DNA from: an uncultured delta proteobacterium
GTDB taxonomy: Bacteria > Desulfobacterota > Binatia > UBA9968
Assembly: GCA_963804165.1 (NCBI GenBank)
Contig: CAWDPO010000014.1
Coordinates: 99,918-163,917 of the forward strand
Direction of reading: 5' to 3'
Length of the DNA: 64,000 bases
Shown here: positions 41,444-49,624 of the stretch, piece after piece
Layout: every line of letters begins with the position of its first letter
Position numbering within the stretch: position 1 is the first letter of the stretch
Translations under genes and position numbers: made by a program
The notes under the pieces: generated by a model
Told to the model about the DNA's origin: nothing
Database searches by the model: none
Seen by the model: the letters and a program-made list of their open reading frames with translations, nothing else

Positions 41444-42339
41444 GCGTGATTAAAATTCTCTATCGGGACGTGGACCGGACGCCTTATCTTTACACCGTCA
41501 AGCATGCGGCGGCGCGGTACGGATTGGAGCTGCAATTTGAAAAGGCGACAAGTCCCGAGTTCGGCGAATTCCTCGAAGCCGGCTCTGTGGATTTTCTCGC
41601 CGAGAATTATTGGGGACTGCAAAGCTTCCGCGCGCGAGGCGTGCCCTTTATCAGCGTGGCGACCGCGGTGACTTGGCTCAATGAAAAGCTGTTCGTTCAT
41701 CCCAGTATCGTCAACATCGAGGATCTTCGCGGCAAGAAGTTCGCGATCCGCGGCGTCGGACCGTCGCAGTTGATTCCCGGGCTGTGGCTCAAGGATCACG
41801 GTCTCGGCGCGGACGTGCAGCGGATCGTTTATTCTGAAAAAGAAGTCGGACGATGGGGCCACTGGAAAAAAGTTGTGAGCGGCGAGTGCCACGGTTGTTT
41901 CGTGACCAACTTCTATCAAAACGAGCCGGCGGCAGCCGGGTTGAAACTTGTTCCGGTCGAGCCTTATGGGTTCATCGGTAACGTCACATTGACGACGACG
42001 GAAGGATTCATCGAACGCCGGCGCAGTGAGGTGCAGCATCTGGTGACCGCGGCCTTCGAAGCGTCTCAACTCTTCAAGCACGATGCCGCTACGGCGTTGG
42101 CGATCTGCAAGAAAGAACCGAGCGAGCTGCTCAAGATCGAGAACGAAAAACAGCTGGAGTTCACCTATCAGATTCTCCGCGACGAGCTTTCCGAAGCGCC
42201 GCTCCCATCGCCGGAAGGAATCTCGAACACGATGAGGATGCGGCTCGACAGCTCGCCGGAGTTGACGAGCTTCAATCCGGTGGTGATGTGGGATTTTAGT
42301 TTTGCCCGGGAAGCGATGAAGCGGCGAGGTGGCGAATAA
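41440..42339 (+). CDS. SsuA/NMT1-fold protein without a signal peptide
   Basis: IKILYRD..TPYL, DLRGKKFAI, FNPVVMWDFSF; ATGA-coupled to hyuB copy 2. Confidence 0.72.
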   Translation: MSVIKILYRDVDRTPYLYTVKHAAARYGLELQFEKATSPEFGEFLEAGSVDFLAENYWGLQSFRARGVPFISVATAVTWLNEKLFVHPSIVNIEDLRGKKFAIRGVGPSQLIPGLWLKDHGLGADVQRIVYSEKEVGRWGHWKKVVSGECHGCFVTNFYQNEPAAAGLKLVPVEPYGFIGNVTLTTTEGFIERRRSEVQHLVTAAFEASQLFKHDAATALAICKKEPSELLKIENEKQLEFTYQILRDELSEAPLPSPEGISNTMRMRLDSSPELTSFNPVVMWDFSFAREAMKRRGGE

Positions 42340-42408
42340 CGCAACCACGAAGGACCCGAGATGCACGCATCCCAACTTCCTGCCGCCCGAGACGAGACGG
42401 TGTCTCGA

Positions 42409-42507
42409 CGTCATCCTGAGGCTCTTCGGCTTCGCTCAGGATAAACTCCGCCGAAGGATCTCGTCTTCGTGAGCCGCAGGAAATGTGAGATTCTTCGCTA
42501 ACGCTCA
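42409..42507. repeat. REP-like cluster; the last unit is interrupted by the IS
   Basis: GTCATCCTGAG..CTCAGGATA..GAAGGATCT, then GATTCTTCGCTAACGCTCA, which continues as GAATGAC at 43825. Confidence 0.8.
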
Positions 42508-42584
42508 TCTATGAAAGCTTTGTCAAGGTATCTGTTAGTCACATATTGTTTTTTCTTCTCATGGTTTCGAATACACCAGTACTT

Positions 42585-42713
42585 ATCGTCCGTGGCAAAG
42601 CGTACCCGATGTTATCGGACTCATCTATTCGCCGTCTAAAGCGGCAGAGAAAAATGCCACAGGGCTGTCGCAATCAGAATTCGGGTCTCAGTGGACCCAT
42701 GAGCCGCGCGCGC
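42585..42713 (-). ncRNA. Candidate bridge/seek RNA of the IS1111-type element
   Basis: Minus-strand stems GGGTC/GACCC, GTGGCA/TGCCAC, GCCG/CGGC and CCGAT/ATCGG; unpaired segments GCTCA and ATTCTGA match the target and ATAGATGA matches the donor junction. Ends approximate. Confidence 0.72.
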
Positions 42714-43754
42714 TTAGCCCTGCGTGGACGACATCGGTTCGCGATAGCTTTCTCCTTTTTTCAACATCCAGAAACTCGCCTCCGCCAAGTGTCGGGCCAC
42801 GGCCACAATCGCTTTGCCGTGCCCCCGTCTGGCTTTGACATTTTCATACAGCCGGGCAACGTGTCGGTACTCGCAGCGCTCGCGGTTGAGCACCGCGCTA
42901 TTGGCCGCTTCGGTAAAGGCCCACTTCAGATAAAGATTCACATCCTTTCTCACCCGCCCGTAGCGCACCTTGCCGCCACTGGAGTTCTCCCGGGGTACCA
43001 GCCCCGCGTAACTCGCCAGCTGCTCGGCTCGGCCAAAGCGCTCGATCGTACCGATCTCAGTCCAGATCACCACCGCCAACATCTCACCCACTCCTGGCTC
43101 GCTCTGCAAATAAGTCGTCTCGGCACAGGGAGCAAAGGCTTGGCGCATTTGGCCTTCAATGGTCTTGAGATTGGCCTGCACATGGTCGAGCTCGTCGAGC
43201 ATCAATCGCAGCGCTTGTTGGGTGTGCGGTGGCAGCTTGGAGCAAAGCTCTTCGATGATCTGTCGGCCCCGCTTGCCAAAGGCGTCGCTGACGCCGTCGA
43301 CCTTGAGCCCGTACTTCTCCAGAGTGGCGTGAATACGGTTCTTGAACTGGGTTCTCTGCTTGCTGAGCACCATGCGGGTGCGCGGCAGCTCGCGGGCATC
43401 ACGAACCGCAGACGGCGCAATCCACACCGTCGGCAGGGTTCCGACTCTCTGCAAACGATTCATTCCCTTCGCATCGAGCTTGTCGCTCTTGTTCACGCTG
43501 CCGATCATCAGCTTGGCCAGTCGTGCGTTGACCAGTTGCGGCGATCCTTTCCCCGCCTCGATCTCATCGACTACCCAGTACCAGTTGCCCACGGTCTCAA
43601 CCGCCACCGGGGTTCCCGGACTCCACTTGTTGGTGAAGTTCTTAATCGTTCCTCGACTATGCGCCAGTTTACACTCAAAGAGCTTCTGGCCTTGGTCATT
43701 TTCTACCCGCGCCCAGGTGTAATGCTTATGAACATCCAATGCGACGTATTCCAT
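42714..43754 (-). CDS. IS110-family DEDD transposase/recombinase
   Basis: ALDVHK, AVETVG, KSDKLDA (DEDD), PGVGE..A, YAGLVPRENSSGG (catalytic Ser region), AIVAVARHL. Confidence 0.95.
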   Translation of the reverse strand: MEYVALDVHKHYTWARVENDQGQKLFECKLAHSRGTIKNFTNKWSPGTPVAVETVGNWYWVVDEIEAGKGSPQLVNARLAKLMIGSVNKSDKLDAKGMNRLQRVGTLPTVWIAPSAVRDARELPRTRMVLSKQRTQFKNRIHATLEKYGLKVDGVSDAFGKRGRQIIEELCSKLPPHTQQALRLMLDELDHVQANLKTIEGQMRQAFAPCAETTYLQSEPGVGEMLAVVIWTEIGTIERFGRAEQLASYAGLVPRENSSGGKVRYGRVRKDVNLYLKWAFTEAANSAVLNRERCEYRHVARLYENVKARRGHGKAIVAVARHLAEASFWMLKKGESYREPMSSTQG

Positions 43755-43968
43755 TTGCGATTTCCTCCTCCAGCCGTCAGTCTATCTACCGACGCTGCGG
43801 ATTTCATCGCTTTCATATTAATCAGAATGACATTTATGGCGGGGTTTGCGATTACGACACAATCGCGACGCGGCAGAGGAAAGAGGGCGGACTTCTAACC
43901 GCGAGTAACGCAAAAAATAATCGTCGAGTGGTTCGTAATGAAACAAATGCTCGAACCTAGGAGGCCAA

Positions 43969-45123
43969 ATGGCTAAGAGATCTCCAATCGTAATCCAGTT
44001 TGTCGTGGCGGTGTTTAACCTTGTCATAGGAGCGGCGTTCTTAGCGGATTGTCGGGATGCGCTGGCGCAAGGCGCTGCGCCTAAAGCCGCAGCGCGCCCT
44101 ACCGACGACCTCGTTGCCAAGGCAAAAAAGGAGGGTGAGGTTTCAGTCGCAGTCGTCTCACAAATCGGTCCGGTGGCGCGAGACCTCGAACGGGCTTTCA
44201 AAAAAAGATTCGGCTTGGAGAGTCTCCAAATGAATTTCGGCGTCGGCGACCAGCCCGCGCAATTCGCCCAACTCAAGGCCAACCTATCAGCAGGAATGGC
44301 TCCTGCGTTCGATGCTTTGACCGGGACGGACGAAGAAATCCTCCAAGTTGTGGCGGCGGGACACACTGCCAAAACCCAGGATTGGGAAAAACTGTTGGCC
44401 GAAGTTAATCCGCTGATTCGATCCGGCGCCGCGCGCCCGGCGCAAGTGAGCACAACTATATTTTCCGGCGAAGCGTTTATTTGGGGCAACCGGCTCAAGG
44501 CATTGATCTACAATCCGAAGCTGATTTCGGAAAATGAGCTTCCGAAAACCCACGCCGATCTCGCCGCCCCGAAGTTCAAGGGGAAATATGTCGTCGCGCC
44601 CTGGACCGACGAGTGGGAGATGGGGGTCTTGGTTTATAAGGACAAAAGCAAGTGGCTCGAGATCTTGGACCAGATCGGTCAAAACGCGCGCGGCGTCGTT
44701 CATCTGACGGCCGCGACGGGGCGCTTGCTGCTGGGCGAGTTTCCATTTTTTCCAGGCAACGAATATTACTCCTTCACCGCCAAGGCAAAGGATCCGAAGG
44801 CGCCCATCGCGTACCATTTTTGGAGCGACTATACCGGATTGACCCGGCTTTACTATATCGTGCCGGCTAAAGCGCGGCATCCGGCGGCGGGCACGCTATT
44901 CGCGTTGTGGATGACAACGCCCGAAGCCCAGGCCATTTACCAACCGGTCGCGCACATCACCAATGTCTCCTATGGCCAGAGCGATCACGATAAAGGCATC
45001 AGAGCGGCTATCGATAAAGTAAAGACGCCGGTGATCTCCTACTGGGACAGCGAAGAGAATCTCACAGCATTCAAGTGGTACAGCAGCGACGAAGGACGCA
45101 AATATCTCAGCGAGTTGGTGTAG
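43969..45123 (+). CDS. ABC extracellular solute-binding protein
   Basis: Signal peptide, AKAKKEGEV, YNPKLI..ELPKT..DL..PKFKGK, ARHPAAG.LF..W. Confidence 0.85.
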   Translation: MAKRSPIVIQFVVAVFNLVIGAAFLADCRDALAQGAAPKAAARPTDDLVAKAKKEGEVSVAVVSQIGPVARDLERAFKKRFGLESLQMNFGVGDQPAQFAQLKANLSAGMAPAFDALTGTDEEILQVVAAGHTAKTQDWEKLLAEVNPLIRSGAARPAQVSTTIFSGEAFIWGNRLKALIYNPKLISENELPKTHADLAAPKFKGKYVVAPWTDEWEMGVLVYKDKSKWLEILDQIGQNARGVVHLTAATGRLLLGEFPFFPGNEYYSFTAKAKDPKAPIAYHFWSDYTGLTRLYYIVPAKARHPAAGTLFALWMTTPEAQAIYQPVAHITNVSYGQSDHDKGIRAAIDKVKTPVISYWDSEENLTAFKWYSSDEGRKYLSELV

Positions 45124-45225
45124 AGCCGTCACGCGTCGGAACAAATAGGCAAACGGGCCGCAATTGAATTTCGGCGCTGCGCGGGAGGCGCGGAGCGCTC
45201 GCGAACGCCGACGGGCGAGCAAAAT

Positions 45226-47050
45226 ATGGCGGAAGAGATCAGCCACGACAGAATCAGCGCTATCGCCGCTCGCGGCGACCACTTTGTCGCGCGAGCGCCG
45301 AGCCTCATGGGCAAGTTCCTCGGCTCGAATGCATTGCCGCTTGCGCTCGCTTTGCCGGTGTTGGGCTTGATTCTGCTGCTCGCGCTGTTCGTGCTTTACA
45401 TGACTTTTGTTCCCGGCCTTCCCACCGATCATGGGATTTACACTGCGACACTGGAAAAACCTCGCGAGCGCTTACATGCTCACGAAGGTCATCCCCAACA
45501 CCGCCATCGTCGGATTGGCCAGCACATTTGTCGCGCTGGTGTTTGCCTGCCCGCTCGCGTGGTTGTTGACGCGCACGAATTTGCCGCTGGCCAATTTCTT
45601 CATGACCGCGATGGCGGTGGTGGTCATCGTGCCGGGCTTCGTCAAGGCGATGGGATGGATCATTCTGGTCAACGATCGGATCGGTTTACTCAACCGCGCC
45701 GCCGCGAGTCTGCTCGGCATGGAAGCCATCGGCGTCGACTTGAACAACCCGTTCGGCATGGCCTGGGTGACCGGGCTGATGTTGGCGCCGATCATGTTGT
45801 TTCTCATCGCCGGCTCGATGAATGCGCTCGATCCCGTGTTGGAAGAAGCGGCCAATGTCGCCGGCGCCAATCAGTGGCGCACGCTCATGCGCGTCAGCCT
45901 GCCGCTGGTATGGCCGGCGATCCTCGGCGGCGCAATCTACATCTTCATGACGGCGATCTCGGTCTTCGAGATTCCCGCGATGCTCGGCGCCTTGGGTGGT
46001 CATGTCCCGGTGCTCGCGACGGAGCTGTTTTTCGCGGTCCGCAGCACGTCCTCCGACGTGACTTACGGAGCCGCCGGCGTATACGGCGTATTGATCGCCG
46101 TTCCCAGCATGGTCGGCCTGTATTTCTATTATAAACTCTTGGCCAAGAGCCATCGTTACCGGGTGATCACGGGTAAAGGCTACCGGCCGCGCGTGATGGA
46201 CTTGGGCCGCTACAAATATCTCGCTCTGGTCTACGTGATCCTCTACTTGCTGCTCGCCGTCGGGCTGCCGCTGCTCGTGCTCGTGTGGACATCGCTCTTG
46301 CCGTTGTTGGAAATGCCTTCGCTTGAAGCTTTGCAGAAGCTAAGTTTTAGAAACTATACGACGTTTTTTTCGACCATGGGCGCTCCGTTCATGATCGGCA
46401 ATACGGTGACGTTGGTCGTCGGCACGAGCGTCGTGGTGACTCTTATCAGCTTCATGACCTCGTGGATCGTCGTGCGCACGCGGCTAAAAATTCGCTTCGC
46501 CATGGATACCGTCGCCATGCTGCCGCACGCGATTCCGGGTCTGGCGCTCGCGTTCGCGCTATTCATGCTTGGCATCGTCCTGCATCGCTGGTTGCCGGGA
46601 TTTTCCCTTGTCGGCACCGTGGGAATTATTCTTCTTGCCAACGTGCTGAGCCGCCTGGCTTATGCCACGCGCATCACCAACGCGGCGCTCCTGCAAATTC
46701 ACAGCGAGCTCGAAGAGTGCGCCCGCGTCTGCGGCGCAGCCAACATCGGCATCATGCGCCGGGTTATCTATCCGCTGATCAAGCCATCGTTGCTTTTTAC
46801 CTTGTTATGGACCGCACTTTTGACTTTCCGTGAAGTCAGCATGGCGCTGATGCTCACGGAAACGAAAAACACCGTGCTTTCGGTGGCGGTTTGGCGAGTT
46901 TGGCAAATCGGCCACACCGGCGAGGCGTCGGCCGCGGTCGTGGTCATGGTGGGGGTCAGCGCGTTGCTGCTTATGGGGCTCATGGTCGTGGCAGGTTGGA
47001 AGAAATCCGGCGAGCAATACAAAGGAAGTCTAGTCGCACACGGAAGTTAA
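45226..47050 (+). CDS. ABC permease (FbpB-like), frameshift near 45430
   Basis: Hydrophobic N-terminus in ORF 45226 continues in ORF 45407; EAA loops LEEAANVAGA and LEECARVCGA. Confidence 0.88.
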
Positions 47051-47075
47051 AAAGGCGAAGGTGTAACGTCGCGCT

Positions 47076-48188
47076 ATGCTTCAAGTCAAAGACCTGAGAA
47101 AAACCTACGTCACCGAGCGGGGCGAAGTGGCCGCGGTTTGCGGCGTCGGCTTCGAGGTCGGCGACGGCGAGATTTTCACATTGCTCGGAGCCTCGGGTTG
47201 CGGCAAAAGCACGACGTTGCGTTGCGTCGCGGGTCTCGAAGTGCCGGATGACGGCGAAATCGCGTTCGGCGATCGCGTGGTGTTTTCGCGCAGCCGCAGG
47301 ATGAACATCCCGGTGCATCAGCGCGCAGTGGGAATGGTGTTCCAGTCCTACGCCATCTGGCCTCATATGACGGTCTTTGAAAACGTCGCTTTTCCTCTTC
47401 AAGAAGGTCCTTACAAAGTTCCAAAGATGGAGATCGCGCGGCGTGTGCACCGCGCGATCGAGCGGGTCAAGCTCGATGGGCTGGCCGACCGGCCCGCGCC
47501 GGAATTGAGCGGCGGCCAGCAGCAGCGCATCGCGCTCGCTCGCGCCATCGTCTACGAGCCGACGATGCTTTTGTTCGACGAACCTCTGAGCAATCTCGAC
47601 GCGCAGCTGCGAATCGGCATGCGCACCGAGCTCAAGTCGCTGATCAAAGATATTAACGTCACGGCTCTTTATGTGACGCACGACCAGGAAGAAGCACTGA
47701 TAATTTCCGATCGCATCGGCGTCATGAAAGACGGCGTGATCCAGCAGGTGGCGGCGCCGAGAGATCTCTACGATAAACCGGCCAATGTCGATGTGGCTCG
47801 CTTTGTCGGCCGCGCCAATCTTTTCGCCGGAACTGTCGAAGGCCATTCACATAACGGCACCGTGCTGGTGAACTGTGATCTGGGCAAGGTGGAGACGACG
47901 ACGTTAGCCTTGTCGGAGCTGCGTCAACAACACGCCGCAGTTTGGATGATGATCCGCCCTGAAGACGTCGTCATTCACGCGCAGCCCCACGCTCAATTGA
48001 CCAATGCATTTCCGGCCACCGTCGTGAACTCGGTTTTCGTCGGCAACCGTACTCAATGCGAGCTTCGATTGGGCGCCGATAGTTGCCTGGCGGAAACCGA
48101 TGGGCATGACTTTCTCGCTTCCGGCTCGACAGTCCATGTGGAGCTGCCGAGGGAGCGTATTCGGTTATTCCCGCGCATGCAGGATTAA
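47076..48188 (+). CDS. ABC transporter ATP-binding protein
   Basis: GASGCGKS, LSGGQQQR, FDEPLSNLD, VTHDQEEA. Confidence 0.95.
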   Translation: MLQVKDLRKTYVTERGEVAAVCGVGFEVGDGEIFTLLGASGCGKSTTLRCVAGLEVPDDGEIAFGDRVVFSRSRRMNIPVHQRAVGMVFQSYAIWPHMTVFENVAFPLQEGPYKVPKMEIARRVHRAIERVKLDGLADRPAPELSGGQQQRIALARAIVYEPTMLLFDEPLSNLDAQLRIGMRTELKSLIKDINVTALYVTHDQEEALIISDRIGVMKDGVIQQVAAPRDLYDKPANVDVARFVGRANLFAGTVEGHSHNGTVLVNCDLGKVETTTLALSELRQQHAAVWMMIRPEDVVIHAQPHAQLTNAFPATVVNSVFVGNRTQCELRLGADSCLAETDGHDFLASGSTVHVELPRERIRLFPRMQD

Positions 48189-48202
48189 CGCGCGTTTCTA
48201 GT

Positions 48203-48272
48203 AACCACGAAGGACACGAAGAGCACGAAGGATTGGACGTAAATAATTTCCAGCTTCGTGCTCTTCGTGGTG
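48203..48272. repeat. Inverted 9-bp-period CACGAAG / CTTCGTG repeat hairpin
   Basis: CACGAAG at 48206, 48215 and 48224; CTTCGTG at 48254 and 48263; a single unit also at about 42345. Confidence 0.8.
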
Positions 48273-48315
48273 AAACGATTTGCCGAATTTTCCAGGCTAA
48301 TCATAGGAGGAATAA

Positions 48316-49353
48316 ATGTATAACGGCCACAAAGTGATCGATGTTCATGGGCATATGTCTACGCCGCCGCACTTTCGCGCTTACGCTTACAATCTCGTCG
48401 CTCTCAGAACTCCGGGAGAGAGCGAGCTGGAAATTTCCAATGAGCTGATGCAGACGGCATTGAAACGCCATATTCAGATGTTGGACGAGCGAAGCATCGA
48501 CGTGCAAATGATTTCGCCCAGACCGATCGCGATGATGCACTGGGAGAGGCCTTTCCTGGTGGAGAAATGGACGCGAACCACGAATGATATTATTCACCAA
48601 CAGTGCAAGATGTATCCGAGCCGTTTCGTCGGCGTCGCGCAGCTGCCGCAGAATGCCAAGATCGACACGAAGAATTGTCTTGACGAACTCGAACGGTGCG
48701 TCAAAGAGCTGGGCTTCGTCGGCGCCATCGTCAACCCCGATCCGGGCGCGGACCGCCAGACGCCGGGAATGAACTCAGAGTACTGGTTTCCGCTTTACGA
48801 AAAGGCGCAGGAACTTAGCGCGCCGCTCATCGTTCATCCGTCGATCAGCCGCGACCCGCGCATCGAAATCATCCCGCACAGCTACCAGTACAACAACCTG
48901 ACTGAGGAAGTCCTAGCGACACTACTCTTGGAGCATAGCAACGTGTTCGAACTTTTTCCCCGGCTGAAAGTCGTCATGTGTCACTGCGGCGGTGCGCTCA
49001 GCCGCTTCATGGTGCGCGGCGAGAAGAAGGGCGAAGGGGGCGGCCAGGTGGGTACGGCGACCCGCTTCCAACAGCAGGAAGAACGAGACGTCAGTGGAAA
49101 TCTTTTCTTCGACACCTGCGCCTACGACAAAGATTTTCTCGCCACCGCGATCAAACAGCGAGGCGTCGACCGCATGCTCTTTGGCACCGAGGCGCCGGGT
49201 TCGGGCACGGGAGTGGTCAACCCGGACACGGGCAAACCTTCTGACGACCTGATTCCGCTTATCGACAGCATCGAATTCCTCACCGCCGAGGACAAACTGA
49301 AGATGCTTCACCGCAATGTGCGGTCGGTGTTTTCTCTGCTCAAGGTGAGCTAA
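48316..49353 (+). CDS. Amidohydrolase_2 family protein, LigY/LigJ-like
   Basis: IDVHGH, QMISPRP..MM, LPQ, NPDP, YWFPLYEK, CHCGG, FFDT, LFGTE.PG.G. Confidence 0.85.
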   Translation: MYNGHKVIDVHGHMSTPPHFRAYAYNLVALRTPGESELEISNELMQTALKRHIQMLDERSIDVQMISPRPIAMMHWERPFLVEKWTRTTNDIIHQQCKMYPSRFVGVAQLPQNAKIDTKNCLDELERCVKELGFVGAIVNPDPGADRQTPGMNSEYWFPLYEKAQELSAPLIVHPSISRDPRIEIIPHSYQYNNLTEEVLATLLLEHSNVFELFPRLKVVMCHCGGALSRFMVRGEKKGEGGGQVGTATRFQQQEERDVSGNLFFDTCAYDKDFLATAIKQRGVDRMLFGTEAPGSGTGVVNPDTGKPSDDLIPLIDSIEFLTAEDKLKMLHRNVRSVFSLLKVS

Positions 49354-49624
49354 AGAGCGTTGTTAGAGATCGTTAGATAAGTCATTCGCCTCTTCGTCAT
49401 GATGCCGGCGAAAATCAACCTTCCCAGAAAGGGCATAGAGCAATACCCCCCTACAAGAATTCCTGACCTCGGGCTTCCGCCAGCCACCGTCACCTTGGCC
49501 GAAAGGGCTTCCCAGAGAGACTACGCATGCGGCACGATTCGCCGGACATGATATCCCGGGGATTTGAAAAATTCGGGAGTTCAGTTTATTCGGAACATAG
49601 TATTCACCGGAGACTACCATCAAG

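Larger units (their letters stand above)
42505..43824 (-). mobile_element. Complete IS110-family element, IS1111-type
   Basis: TCA at both junctions (42505-42507 and 43822-43824); sub-terminal inverted repeats TATGAAAGC (42510-42518) and GCTTTCATA (43809-43817); short 5' and about 200-bp 3' non-coding ends; removing the element restores an intact REP. Confidence 0.92.

Noticed and set aside
42546-43898. 450-aa plus-strand ORF spanning the IS
   Set aside because: Antisense shadow of the transposase with no recognisable motifs.
49386-49553. Retron msr-msd or SAM-I riboswitch
   Set aside because: No adjacent reverse transcriptase and no SAM-I core motifs visible; kept only as an unclassified candidate RNA.
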